64,000 nt of DNA from an uncultured Gammaproteobacteria bacterium. GTDB taxonomy: Bacteria; Patescibacteriota; Patescibacteriia; Magasanikbacterales; GWA2-37-8. A program made the position numbers and the translations under genes. Under the pieces are notes generated by a model. The model did no database searches. It was not told the DNA's origin and saw only the letters and a program-made list of their open reading frames with translations. This document shows positions 1-9,341 of the stretch, piece after piece. Each line of letters opens with the position of its first letter. Positions within the stretch are counted from its first letter, which is position 1. The stretch is from NCBI GenBank assembly GCA_964596525.1, contig CAZQUL010000001.1:806509-870508 (forward strand). Direction: 5' to 3'.

Positions 1-1
1 C

Positions 2-367
2 ATCGTCCTCGAGCCGTGGGACAAGAGCCTTATGGGTGCGGTTGAAAAAGGCGTGCGCGACTCGGGGCTTGGCATTAATCCGGTTAACGATGGCCGTGTC
101 ATCCGTTTGCCGCTTCCGGATCTTACTTCGGAACGCCGCCAGGAACTGGTGAAAATCCTCCACCAGAAGCTTGAACACGCCCGCATCTCGGTGCGTAAAG
201 TGCGCGAAGACGTGCGCGAAAAAATTCAGAACGAAGAAAAAGACAAGCGTATCAGCGAAGACGAGAAATTCCGCATGCAAGAAGAGCTCGAAAAAATGGT
301 TAAGGAATTCAACGAGGAAATCAAAAAAATCGGTGAGGCCAAAGAGAAAGAAATTACGACCGTATAA
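2..367 (+). CDS. frr: ribosome recycling factor, C-terminal part (5' end lies outside the window)
   Basis: The frame opened at nt 2 reads IVLEPWDKSLMGAVEKGVRDSGLGINPVNDGRVIRLPLPDLTSERRQELVK..., a typical Frr C-terminal sequence. No start codon is present in the window. Confidence 0.85.
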   Translation: MVLEPWDKSLMGAVEKGVRDSGLGINPVNDGRVIRLPLPDLTSERRQELVKILHQKLEHARISVRKVREDVREKIQNEEKDKRISEDEKFRMQEELEKMVKEFNEEIKKIGEAKEKEITTV

Positions 368-501
368 ACTCTTCGTAGGCCGCCAAGATGTTAACTACCC
401 TCTTGCGCGCTTGTGTCTTTGCGTTTAGCCTAGATGGAGTGCGGCGGCCGTTGCATGTCTACGGTAAAAACGTGCCGCATCGTTTTTAACCCTCTCTCAC
501 T

Positions 502-1137
502 ATGCGCTTTCATCAATTCGTTCTGGGCGTTAGTTGTGCTAGCCTCATTGCTCTTGGAGCCGGATGCCGTTCATCGCAGCCGGCTTCGGTATCCACTTCT
601 ACTGCGCCAGGAAACACCGCTTCTTCCACGGTCGTCGTAACCCCGGCTCTTCTCAAACCGAATAACCCGCCCAAGGAGCTTGCCGTAGTCGCCTCTTCGA
701 GCTATCGTTACTTTACGAACGCCACGGTGGATTGGGGTGAAACCAGCTGGGTTGGGGTGTTTCCCACCTCGTCCATGAAAGGAACTAATTTGCAGCGCGC
801 AGCGATCAGTATGTATGGGCTACCAGGCGCCTGCGACAAAGGCCTCGAAATCGAACTTGCTGATACCTTCAAAAAATTAGCTCCGGCAACGATTTCTACT
901 TCGAACCCGGCTTCACCAAGCTGGCAGGGGAGACAATGGGCAGGCGCGGCAGGTGGCACTACCGTTGATTCTGTGGTGTATCGCTTGGCACATAACGGAA
1001 GCTGTTACCGCATAGTATTGGACCTGTGGAGTATGCCTATCGCGAGCTACCCTAAGGCCAAACGTCCCAAAGCGTACGATCCAGCACCGTATATTACGGT
1101 TCTCAAAGAAGTCGTACAGAGCACTCCGTTGCCGTAA
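502..1137 (+). CDS. secreted / lipoprotein-like hypothetical protein
   Basis: The N-terminal hydrophobic signal ends in LIALGAGC (Cys right after the signal). The mature part is Ser/Thr/Pro-rich. No recognisable catalytic motif. Confidence 0.55.
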   Translation: MRFHQFVLGVSCASLIALGAGCRSSQPASVSTSTAPGNTASSTVVVTPALLKPNNPPKELAVVASSSYRYFTNATVDWGETSWVGVFPTSSMKGTNLQRAAISMYGLPGACDKGLEIELADTFKKLAPATISTSNPASPSWQGRQWAGAAGGTTVDSVVYRLAHNGSCYRIVLDLWSMPIASYPKAKRPKAYDPAPYITVLKEVVQSTPLP

Positions 1138-1156
1138 ATACCTTGGTATAAAACCA

Positions 1157-1186
1157 AAACAGCCCTTCCCTAGGGCTGTTTTGAGT
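1157..1186. terminator. bidirectional rho-independent terminator between convergent genes
   Basis: Hairpin AACAGCCC-ttccct-GGGCTGTT flanked by an A-run upstream and TTTTGAGTTT downstream. Confidence 0.55.
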
Positions 1187-1235
1187 TTAAATATAAGCAC
1201 CGCAGGGGGTTCTGCGGTGGGTTTGGAGTAGCGGA

Positions 1236-1577
1236 CTAGCGTGCCACTTCGCGACGGAAGGCGCGGTAGCGGCGCAATTCGAATAAGAAGAGCAAGGGAC
1301 CGGCGGCCGTAAAAATCGGGTAGTGAGCGTTGTACCACCAGGGTCGAATATCCGGCAGTACAACATAATCCCCGATGAGGCCGAGAATACCAACGGCGGT
1401 GATAAGAATGCAATGCAGAAGCATTGCTCGCCGCAGCTTGAGGAGCTTGCGCTGCCGCTTGAAGGAGCTTTTTTCCTGGCGAGTCTTTCCGGCCAAGGAA
1501 CTGATGCGCAGTACATGCGCGATCATAATTCCTACAGGGAGCGCTGTTAGCAGTTCGTAAAGCTCTAGTCGTCCCAT
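1236..1577 (-). CDS. small membrane protein (hypothetical)
   Basis: ORF 1236..1628 trimmed to the internal ATG (MGRLELYELL...), which is preceded by a strong RBS AAGGGGGTGG. Two or three predicted TM helices. Confidence 0.55.
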   Translation of the reverse strand: MGRLELYELLTALPVGIMIAHVLRISSLAGKTRQEKSSFKRQRKLLKLRRAMLLHCILITAVGILGLIGDYVVLPDIRPWWYNAHYPIFTAAGPLLFLFELRRYRAFRREVAR

Positions 1578-1605
1578 AATCCACCCCCTTAGGTTGTTGC
1601 CGTTT

Positions 1606-1953
1606 CTAGGCGTTCGGCTGCTTGTCAATTTTTTTCAGTTCGCTCAGCCTTTGGCAAAACATGCGGAAGCAAAAGCCCCAGGCGGCATTCACTAGGAAGA
1701 TGCGCGCCCCCAGATTCATGGTCAGCTTCGTGGCCTCGAGCGCTTGCTTAAGCAAGTAGAGATCTGTGGACACGAGGAGTGTTGTGAGAAAGAGGATGTA
1801 GGCAATTAGTTCTGCCCTCCGATTCTCGGTAGCTTCACCCTTTCTGGCACTGTGCACCCAGCGCCACACCAGAATGCCGAAACTGGTAGCGCAGGCGATG
1901 TCGGTAAGCGGTTTGATGTGGGTCAGGATGGTAATCAGATCGTTTCTGTGCAC
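1606..1953 (-). CDS. small membrane protein (hypothetical)
   Basis: ORF 1606..2016 trimmed to a GTG start preceded by GGAGGT. Hydrophobic segments LIAYILFLTTLLV and IFLVNAAWGFCF. Confidence 0.5.
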   Translation of the reverse strand: MHRNDLITILTHIKPLTDIACATSFGILVWRWVHSARKGEATENRRAELIAYILFLTTLLVSTDLYLLKQALEATKLTMNLGARIFLVNAAWGFCFRMFCQRLSELKKIDKQPNA

Positions 1954-2084
1954 GGTTGACCTCCGGAAAAAGAACGGGGAACAAGGGAATCTCTCATGTT
2001 CTGACCCGAAAGTCAATATAAGGGGTGTGATTGAGTTGCCAAAACCGTATTTTTCTCTTAACTTTCAAACAGGGTAGAAGTACG

Positions 2085-2152
2085 AAAAAACCACCCTCTA
2101 CCGAGAACAAGCACGTGTGTGCCGATTCTCGGTAGCGCGAGGGTGGTTTTCC
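2085..2152. terminator. copy 1 of a duplicated 68-nt compound hairpin terminator
   Basis: AAAAAACCACCCTC-TACCGAGAA-(18 nt loop)-TTCTCGGTA-GCGC-GAGGGTGG-TTTTCC, a two-tier stem with an A-run on one side and a T-run on the other. It lies just 3' of the minus-strand gene 2180..2392. Confidence 0.6.
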
Positions 2153-2179
2153 GCGCTACCGGAGCGGGGTGCGTGGGGT

Positions 2180-2392
2180 TTAGCTCTTGGCCAGCTTTTT
2201 CGCGAGCATCGAGACGCCGAAGATCGCGAAGATTGTGGCGAGTGCCAGAATGAGCGCTCCGACAGCCCATTGGAAGGCCGTGGGCAGCTGGAGGAATGAA
2301 ACGTACATTACGAACAGGACCGAAATGGCCAGGAAGACCGGTCGCGCGATGTTACTACCGGACAGTTCGTTATTCTCGTTGGTCGCGGTCAT
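2180..2392 (-). CDS. small membrane protein (about 70 aa, hypothetical)
   Basis: ATG preceded by GGAGG at 5 nt spacing (the ORF-track start is an upstream TTG). Two hydrophobic helices. Confidence 0.55.
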   Translation of the reverse strand: MTATNENNELSGSNIARPVFLAISVLFVMYVSFLQLPTAFQWAVGALILALATIFAIFGVSMLAKKLAKS

Positions 2393-2429
2393 TGTCGCCT
2401 CCAATTCCAGGTTTCCAGATTAACCAATA

Positions 2430-2458
2430 ATGTTATCATATTTTAGTCATCTTGTCAA
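2430..2458 (-). promoter_or_regulatory. sigma70-like promoter TCTTGACAA-N17-TAACAT
   Basis: On the minus strand, TTGACA then a 17-nt spacer then TAACAT, about 35 nt upstream of the 2392 start codon. Confidence 0.5.
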
Positions 2459-2595
2459 GATATTAGCCCGAATTTCATCTATATCTAGCTGAATAAATTG
2501 GCTTCAACAGTTCCAATATCCGCCGTCGGGTTGTCAAAACCCTTATTTTCCCTTATTCTTGAAGAGAATCTCGTCTGTTATTTGCTATACGTAAC

Positions 2596-2663
2596 AAAAA
2601 ACCACCCTCTACCGAGAACAAGCACGTGTGTGCCGATCCTCGGTAGCGCGAGAGTGGTTTTCC
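2596..2663. terminator. copy 2 of the duplicated 68-nt compound hairpin terminator
   Basis: About 96% identical to 2085..2152, with two substitutions that weaken the stems. It sits 3' of the minus-strand gene 2689..3057. Confidence 0.6.
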
Positions 2664-2688
2664 TCACGCTCCCCGAGCGTGAACTCGA

Positions 2689-3057
2689 CTATGAGCAGAG
2701 CCAGCGGATGAAGCGGTAGACGCCCTTGCCTATGGCCGAGAGAATCTCGTAGATGCCCCAGAGAATCATGGTTCCCATCATCCAGCCGGCAGCGCCGACT
2801 AGGGCGCCGAGGAGGCCGGTTACGGAAAGCTCGATGGCTTCCCGACTGAGGAATCCGGCCCCTTTAAACGCCCAAACACCGGTGTTGAGGAGAAGCAGCA
2901 CGAGGCACCCAGCACCCCACATGAGCGCAGGGATGCAGACGATCAGGGCGAAGATCTGGAATCCTTTGGGCATGTCGTCGTAAATCCCTTCGAATCGCTT
3001 GGCCTGACAGCGGCGACAAAGGCACCACGAATCGTCAATGTGCGGAAAAGTTACCAC
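2689..3057 (-). CDS. membrane protein (122 aa, hypothetical)
   Basis: GTG start preceded by AAAGGA. N-terminal CxxC...CxxC then three predicted TM helices. Confidence 0.55.
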   Translation of the reverse strand: MVTFPHIDDSWCLCRRCQAKRFEGIYDDMPKGFQIFALIVCIPALMWGAGCLVLLLLNTGVWAFKGAGFLSREAIELSVTGLLGALVGAAGWMMGTMILWGIYEILSAIGKGVYRFIRWLCS

Positions 3058-3105
3058 GGTGTGTCCTTTCGTTCCTTCGTGTGAAGGTGGGTTGAGAGAC
3101 TCATA

Positions 3106-3134
3106 ATACTATCATAACTTATCGATTTTGTCAA
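3106..3134 (-). promoter_or_regulatory. sigma70-like promoter TCTTGACAA-N17-TAGTAT
   Basis: Minus strand TTGACA, 17-nt spacer, TAGTAT, about 50 nt upstream of the 3057 start. It abuts the divergent glyQS start. Confidence 0.55.
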
Positions 3135-3150
3135 GATTTTACCTCAAAAA

Positions 3151-4560
3151 ATGTCTATGCCTAGCGAAAATAACCTCATGGAAACGATTATCAACCTGTG
3201 CAAACGCCGCGGTTTTATTTTTCCGGGCAGCGAGCTCTACGGCGGCATGGCTAATAGCTGGGACTATGGCCCCTTAGGCGTCGAACTCAAAAATAACATC
3301 AAAAAAGCCTGGTGGAAAATGTTCGTGCAGGAGCGCGGCGATATGGTGGGCATCGATGCAGCGCTCGTCATGAACCCTAAAGTCTGGGAAGCGAGCGGGC
3401 ACCTGGCCACGTTCACCGATCCTCTTATTGAATGCAAAAAATGCAATCATAGGTTTCGAGCTGACCAGATTCAAGGGCTTACAATTAGTCAGAAGCCTAG
3501 TCATGATCCCAATAATCAGACACATAGCTTTGAGATGACCAATGTCTTTTGTCCGAATTGCAAGGCGTCAGGTATTGAGGCTTTTATTGATAGTAAGATT
3601 TCAAACTTCAATCTCATGATGAAAACCTTCATCGGCCCCAAGGAAGATGCTACGGCCGTAGCGTACTTCCGCCCTGAAACCGCGCAGGCGATTTTCGTCG
3701 ATTTTCCAAATGTCCTCACCACGAGCCGCAAGCGCGTGCCGTTTGGCATTGCCCAGATCGGCAAAGCATTCCGTAACGAAATCACGCCGGGCAATTTTAT
3801 TTTCCGCACCCGCGAGTTCGAACAGATGGAGATCGAATACTTCATCCACCCGAGCATGTGGGAGCAGGCATTTGAAAACTGGCTTAAAGCCATGCATACC
3901 TGGATCGCTTCTGTCGGTATCGACACCGCAAAAATCCATAACCTCGAAGTTGAAAAAGACGAGCTCGCGCATTATTCCAAACGTACGGTCGATATTGAAT
4001 TTGACTATCCGTTCGGCAAGAAAGAATTGTACGGCCTCGCGTACCGCACGGATTTCGATCTTTCGAGCCATGCCAAAGCGAGCGGCAAAGACATCGTTTA
4101 CACCGATCCTACGTCCAACGAAAAATACGTGCCGCACGTTATCGAGCCGTCGTTCGGTGTGGACCGTACGTTCCTTGCCATACTGCTTTCCTGCTACCGT
4201 GAGGAAGAAGCGCCGACTGCCGAAGCAGGGGAGACGGACAAGCGTATCGTTCTCAAGCTCCCGTACCATCTCGCGCCGTACAAAGTGGCTGTCTTGCCGC
4301 TCTCGAAAAAAGAAGAACTTTCGAGCGTTGCTGAAGGTATCGCGAATGATCTGCGCAAGCTCTGGAATATCGATTATGACGAGACACAGAGTATCGGCAA
4401 GCGTTATCGCCGTCAGGATGAAATCGGTACGCCATTCTGCGTGACGGTCGATTTCGATTCTTTAAACGATAAGAAAGTCACGGTGCGCGAGCGCGATACG
4501 ATGAAGCAGGAACGGGTGGGGATTGAGGAGTTGATAGGTTATTTACAACACTATCTTTAG
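3151..4560 (+). CDS. glyQS: glycine--tRNA ligase (alpha2 type)
   Basis: 469 aa. The N-terminus FIFPGSELYGGMANSWDYGPLGVELKNNIKKAWW and the class II core are typical of dimeric GlyRS. Confidence 0.92.
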   Translation: MSMPSENNLMETIINLCKRRGFIFPGSELYGGMANSWDYGPLGVELKNNIKKAWWKMFVQERGDMVGIDAALVMNPKVWEASGHLATFTDPLIECKKCNHRFRADQIQGLTISQKPSHDPNNQTHSFEMTNVFCPNCKASGIEAFIDSKISNFNLMMKTFIGPKEDATAVAYFRPETAQAIFVDFPNVLTTSRKRVPFGIAQIGKAFRNEITPGNFIFRTREFEQMEIEYFIHPSMWEQAFENWLKAMHTWIASVGIDTAKIHNLEVEKDELAHYSKRTVDIEFDYPFGKKELYGLAYRTDFDLSSHAKASGKDIVYTDPTSNEKYVPHVIEPSFGVDRTFLAILLSCYREEEAPTAEAGETDKRIVLKLPYHLAPYKVAVLPLSKKEELSSVAEGIANDLRKLWNIDYDETQSIGKRYRRQDEIGTPFCVTVDFDSLNDKKVTVRERDTMKQERVGIEELIGYLQHYL

Positions 4561-4579
4561 TCTTAATCGTAGCCCCCCT

Positions 4580-6247
4580 ATGTCTGTATCTGAACTCGAG
4601 TCATTCAGTCGTCGTGACGTTGCACGCCGTGCGGCCGAGACGCCGGAAGGTCGTAAGAAGATTGAGGATATGGTGACATGGATCAAGGAGCTGCGACAGA
4701 TCGTGCGCGACAATCCTGAACAAGCGAAAAATTACCGGCCGCCGCGCGAACTTCTTGCTGAGTTCTATGAACAACTGGCGCGAGAGTACGAAGAAATCCC
4801 TCTTACCAAAGAAGAGATTGAGCGGGAATTTTCGGCTGAGAATTTGTCGAAGCTTCCCCTAAATGATTACGTGAAGCTTTTGCGTCGCGTGCCGGCGCGT
4901 TTTGTGACCCACGTAACTCGTCAGGGTATCCGGGACCATGTTTCGCATCATTATTCCGGTAGTGAACAATACAGTGGAGGTTTTGAAAAAATTATCGAAG
5001 CCGGCAAGTTACAATCCGTGTTGGAACAATACTTGCAGGGTGTTGTTACCCGTGATGTCGTTAAACAGGTCTTGAGCGATCATCTTAAGATTCCTCAGGA
5101 TTTTGACACTGTCGAAGAGGCGCGGGAACATATTGATGATTTTTTGAATCGTTCGCGCAGCAACATGCTGGTTAGTTCTGAAATTGCTGATCAGCGGGCT
5201 TTGCATGTTGCAATGGATCATGTTGCTGATGATTTTTACGGCGGCGAGCGCGGGAACGAAATCTTTTTTGCTTACCCTACAGCCTATGTAGCGGCGCATA
5301 ATTATTTAGCTCCGCAAAAGACGGCTTTTCGAAAAGGATTGGAATTAAATGCGGAAGAACGAAGTTCAGAGTATAATGATTTTTGGATCAGGAACAAGAA
5401 AAACGGGGCAGGCGAGCTTCCGGTCGATGCGGCTATTGTTTTCATTCCCGAAAATGCCGCAGTCGACCCGAAGACCGGCTCACGGTATGCCCTTGGCCCA
5501 GATCGCAAACCACTTCCCAATACGGACCAGATCGAGAAACTCAAAAAAATTATTGCCTCGCCGGAAATGAAAGTATTGTGGCCGAAAATGTATGAGCGTA
5601 TCACCGATTACCGCAACGCTCTTGGCAAGAAACGTGCGGATGAAGATCGGTTGGCTATGTTGCGCAATGAAAAGGCCGGCATGTATACTTTATCGGGAGC
5701 CGAAGATGATGTACGACGTTCAACAGCAGAGCTCGAAGAAAAGATGGAAATGATCAAGCCGTTCATCGACTCCTGCCGTGCTGGCGGACTGACCGATAAG
5801 CGTTTTTATGACATTTTCGAAAGCCGGGACGGCGAAGCGTGGAATGCGCTCGCGAGCGCCTTTGATCGTTCAGTGCAGAGCGAGCCATTCGCAGCAACTC
5901 CTGTTGATGACAATAATTTTACAGAACGGGTCCGTAGCTTGGGTATATATCTGAAGCTTGCAGAAAACACTGTGTCATCCCGTACTTACTGGGAAAAGCG
6001 ATTTCAGACTTCTGGTGCCAAGCGGCCTTCCAAAGTCATTTTTTACGAACAAGCCGTTCCTACTCAGGCTCTACAGGCGTTTAAAGAACGGGCGGGACTT
6101 AAAGATCACCGCGAGAGAATCGATTTGCGCGAAATGTTCAGTGAAAATCTGGTTTCAAACCGGGATATACATAATCAGATGGAACGTGAACGCGAAATCT
6201 TTGCTCAATATGCGGAAGAAATCTTGCGTGACTTATATTCTAAGTAA
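4580..6247 (+). CDS. hypothetical protein (555 aa, no recognised domain)
   Basis: Long ORF with even codon usage and an acidic, helical composition. Tightly followed by the next ORF. Confidence 0.7.
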   Translation: MSVSELESFSRRDVARRAAETPEGRKKIEDMVTWIKELRQIVRDNPEQAKNYRPPRELLAEFYEQLAREYEEIPLTKEEIEREFSAENLSKLPLNDYVKLLRRVPARFVTHVTRQGIRDHVSHHYSGSEQYSGGFEKIIEAGKLQSVLEQYLQGVVTRDVVKQVLSDHLKIPQDFDTVEEAREHIDDFLNRSRSNMLVSSEIADQRALHVAMDHVADDFYGGERGNEIFFAYPTAYVAAHNYLAPQKTAFRKGLELNAEERSSEYNDFWIRNKKNGAGELPVDAAIVFIPENAAVDPKTGSRYALGPDRKPLPNTDQIEKLKKIIASPEMKVLWPKMYERITDYRNALGKKRADEDRLAMLRNEKAGMYTLSGAEDDVRRSTAELEEKMEMIKPFIDSCRAGGLTDKRFYDIFESRDGEAWNALASAFDRSVQSEPFAATPVDDNNFTERVRSLGIYLKLAENTVSSRTYWEKRFQTSGAKRPSKVIFYEQAVPTQALQAFKERAGLKDHRERIDLREMFSENLVSNRDIHNQMEREREIFAQYAEEILRDLYSK

Positions 6248-6258
6248 GCATTATTCTT

Positions 6259-6807
6259 GTGCAAACTATAAAAGAAAAAATTACAGTCATTCGTAATGCT
6301 ATCCGCTACCATCGCGACCAGAAAGGCGACGATCGCTGCTGGGTCGATGATTATCTGATTTGGAAATTCCTCCCCGATTCGCCGCCCGAACCGACAACTC
6401 CGCCGCCATTCGAAAAAGCCATGGGTTGTTGTCGATCGTTTTACGATAATCGCCGTGCTGAGCAGGCGGATAGTCCTTCCGCTCAAACCGAAAACGATCC
6501 GACGAAATGGGATGAGGATATCGCAGCGATGTCCGAGACTGAACTTGCAGCTGAATTCGAAAAATTGCATGCCGCTCTGCGCGCGCATCGTGACGTGAAC
6601 GGCCGTGAACGAACGCTCGATGACGATCGGGCGTTATACGACGTATTACCCGAAAAAATTCCAGCTGATTTCCGTTTGCCGAACAAGCCTGAGTTCCTTG
6701 ATGGCATAAAACCTGGTTGCGGCTGCCCCAATTTTTGGAAGAGCCATGAAAATTGCCCGACGGACAAACATGATTTGCATCGCTGGGGACCGTGTCCTGT
6801 AGCCTAA
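6259..6807 (+). CDS. hypothetical Cys-rich protein
   Basis: GTG start immediately after a stop. Contains MGCCRSF and a C-terminal GCGCPNFW...CPTD...GPCP cluster. Confidence 0.5.
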   Translation: MQTIKEKITVIRNAIRYHRDQKGDDRCWVDDYLIWKFLPDSPPEPTTPPPFEKAMGCCRSFYDNRRAEQADSPSAQTENDPTKWDEDIAAMSETELAAEFEKLHAALRAHRDVNGRERTLDDDRALYDVLPEKIPADFRLPNKPEFLDGIKPGCGCPNFWKSHENCPTDKHDLHRWGPCPVA

Positions 6808-6811
6808 AGCT

Positions 6812-7228
6812 ATGTCCGCCGATCTTCATTTCTCCGGAAAAATAACCCAAAAAGCGCTCGTTATCAAAGATGATAAAGTGCTTATCGTCCGCGAGGCCCG
6901 CTACGACGGAAAATGGGAATTACCCGGTGGGCGATTGCATAACGAAGAATCCTTGTTCCAAGGTTTCCATCGAGAAATACAAGAAGAGCTAGGTGTTGAA
7001 GTTATCGATGAGCGGCTGTGCTACTCAGAACAATTCCGTGAAAAACATAGCGGAAGTTGGTGTGTGCTCATGGCATACACCTGCCGTCTAAAGAATTCCG
7101 ATCAAGAATTTTCGCTTGCTAAAGAAGAAGTTGCGGAGTGTAAGTGGATTACTGTTTCCGAACTTAACGATCAGCCGATTTACACCCACTCATTGCATGC
7201 TCTTCAAAATTATTTTTCACACAGTTAG
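6812..7228 (+). CDS. NUDIX hydrolase
   Basis: Nudix box GGRLHNEESLFQGFHREIQEELGVEV (GX5EX7REUXEEXGU). Confidence 0.85.
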   Translation: MSADLHFSGKITQKALVIKDDKVLIVREARYDGKWELPGGRLHNEESLFQGFHREIQEELGVEVIDERLCYSEQFREKHSGSWCVLMAYTCRLKNSDQEFSLAKEEVAECKWITVSELNDQPIYTHSLHALQNYFSHS

Positions 7229-7259
7229 ATATTAAGATTTGTTATTGACACTTTGGATT

Positions 7260-8564
7260 ATGCACCGCGTTGCCAAACTCAAAAACGGATTAACCCTCAT
7301 TACCGTACCTGTTAAAGGTACGTCTGCGACAACGGTTCTCTGCATGTTTCCGGTCGGTTCTCGTTTTGAAGAACCGCGCACCAACGGTGCGGCCCATTTT
7401 GTGGAGCACATGTTGTTCAAAGGCACGACTAAACGGCCAACGTCGCAGGATATTACCCGTACGTTCGATGCTGTAGGCGCACAGTACAACGCGTTTACGA
7501 GCAAGGAGTACACGGGTTACTACGTAAAAGTTGCGGCTGAAAAACAGAGTTTAGCATTCGAGGTTTTGGCCGACATGCTCGCCAACTCAGTATTTAAGCT
7601 CGAAGAAGTGGAAAAAGAAAAAGGCGCGATTGTGGAAGAACTCCGCATGTACAAAGACAATCCGCTTATGGATATCGATGATACGTTCGAGTCCCTCGTC
7701 TTTGAAGGTCATCCGCTCGGGTGGAATATCGGCGGGAGCGAAGATACAGTGCGCGGCATGTCGCGTGAAGATCTAGTGTCGTATTATCAGGCGCATTATT
7801 CGCCGCGGACCATGGTGCTCGTCGTCGCTGGTGCGGTCGACTCTAAGAAACTGGCCTCGTATGTCAAGCACTTCCTGGCCTACGAAGCGCCGCGTGACGC
7901 AGCCACGTTTTCGTGGTATAAAGCCCATACTACTCCCTTTGACGTACCACCCGTTCTACCACTCGAAAAACGCGTTACGGTAAAAGAAAAAAAGGTGGAT
8001 CAGCTGCAGCTCATGCTCGGCTTTCCTGCGTTTGAGCACACGCACGCTGACCGTTATGCACTATCTGTTTTGTCTACGGTACTTGGCGGCGGTATGAGCT
8101 CGCGATTGTTTACCGAGGTGCGTGAACGTCGCGGGTTGGCGTATATGGTGAAAACCGACACGACGAGCTACCGTGAAACCGGTGTCTTTTCCGTTAAAGC
8201 TGGTTTGGATCCGGCGCGCGTTCCCGAAGCCTTACGCGTCATCGTTCAGGAGCTTAAAAAGATCGTTGCCGAACCGGTAAGCACCCAAGAACTCAAAGAC
8301 GCCCAAAATTATCTTTTGGGTCATACTGCGCTCCAGCTCGAAGACAGTTTCAACCAGGCTAATTGGTTCGCGGAACGTTTCCTCTTTATGAAACGTTTGG
8401 ATACGTATCAGGATGTTGCCAAAAAGATCAAGAAAGTGACGATTAAGGACGTGCACAAAGTGGCAAAACAGGTTATCCGCTTTAACGAGTTGCGGCTGGC
8501 AGCGATTGGTGGGCTCTCTAAAGAAGTTGTGATTAAAGCGGCAAAAGATGCCCTTGCCGAGTAA
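7260..8564 (+). CDS. M16 family zinc peptidase (pitrilysin-like)
   Basis: HFVEHMLFKG inverted zinc motif (HxxEH). 441-aa ORF trimmed to the first ATG. Confidence 0.8.
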   Translation: MHRVAKLKNGLTLITVPVKGTSATTVLCMFPVGSRFEEPRTNGAAHFVEHMLFKGTTKRPTSQDITRTFDAVGAQYNAFTSKEYTGYYVKVAAEKQSLAFEVLADMLANSVFKLEEVEKEKGAIVEELRMYKDNPLMDIDDTFESLVFEGHPLGWNIGGSEDTVRGMSREDLVSYYQAHYSPRTMVLVVAGAVDSKKLASYVKHFLAYEAPRDAATFSWYKAHTTPFDVPPVLPLEKRVTVKEKKVDQLQLMLGFPAFEHTHADRYALSVLSTVLGGGMSSRLFTEVRERRGLAYMVKTDTTSYRETGVFSVKAGLDPARVPEALRVIVQELKKIVAEPVSTQELKDAQNYLLGHTALQLEDSFNQANWFAERFLFMKRLDTYQDVAKKIKKVTIKDVHKVAKQVIRFNELRLAAIGGLSKEVVIKAAKDALAE

Positions 8565-8574
8565 TTTTTAACGA

Positions 8575-9336
8575 ATGTTTACGCTTATGAAACCCTACTT
8601 TTTGGCTAACTGGAAAATGTACTTGTCGTACGATGAAAGCGTTGCTCTGGCCGAGCAGGTACGCCAAGATGTCTCTTCGAATGGTCCCGAGACTGTCGTT
8701 TTTCCGTCGGCGCTCGCTGGGTATCGCGTGGCGCGGATTATGGAAGGCAGTAGCGTTAAATGCGGAGCGCAGAATGTGGCCTGGGTAGAGAAAGGCGCGT
8801 ATACCGGCGAGGTTTCGCCGCACATGTACCGCGATGCCGGATTTACCCACGCGCTCGTCGGCCACTCGGAGCGCCGGCATGTTTTTCATGAAACCGAACA
8901 AGAGCTCCGTCAGAAGCTAGAAGCGGTGGTGGGTGTAGGCCTGACGCCGGTCGTATGCGTAGGTGAAACTGTGGCGGAGCGTGAAGCTGGACAGGCGCTT
9001 AGTGTTGTGGAGGCGCAGATCCGCCGCTTGGTTGAAGGCCTCACTCTTCCCAAAGATGCCCCTTTTATGGTAGCTTACGAACCGGTTTGGGCTATTGCGA
9101 GCGGCGCGCCCTGTTCGCCGTCGGATGCTCAAGCGGTGCAGACGATGCTTCGCAACGTGCTGTCCCAAACCGTAGGCGAGGCTTCTGTTGCCGTGCTTTA
9201 CGGCGGCAGCGTGGATGCGTCTAATGTGCGCTCGTATATCGACGAAGCCGGTTTTGACGGCGTACTGGTCGGTAGCGCCTCGGTGAAACGTGAAAGTTTT
9301 CAAGCGTTGTCTCAAGCTCTAGCACATCGCTCCTAG
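8575..9336 (+). CDS. tpiA: triosephosphate isomerase
   Basis: Motifs ANWKM, VGHSERR and AYEPVWAIASG. Confidence 0.9.
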   Translation: MFTLMKPYFLANWKMYLSYDESVALAEQVRQDVSSNGPETVVFPSALAGYRVARIMEGSSVKCGAQNVAWVEKGAYTGEVSPHMYRDAGFTHALVGHSERRHVFHETEQELRQKLEAVVGVGLTPVVCVGETVAEREAGQALSVVEAQIRRLVEGLTLPKDAPFMVAYEPVWAIASGAPCSPSDAQAVQTMLRNVLSQTVGEASVAVLYGGSVDASNVRSYIDEAGFDGVLVGSASVKRESFQALSQALAHRS

Positions 9337-9341
9337 TTTGT

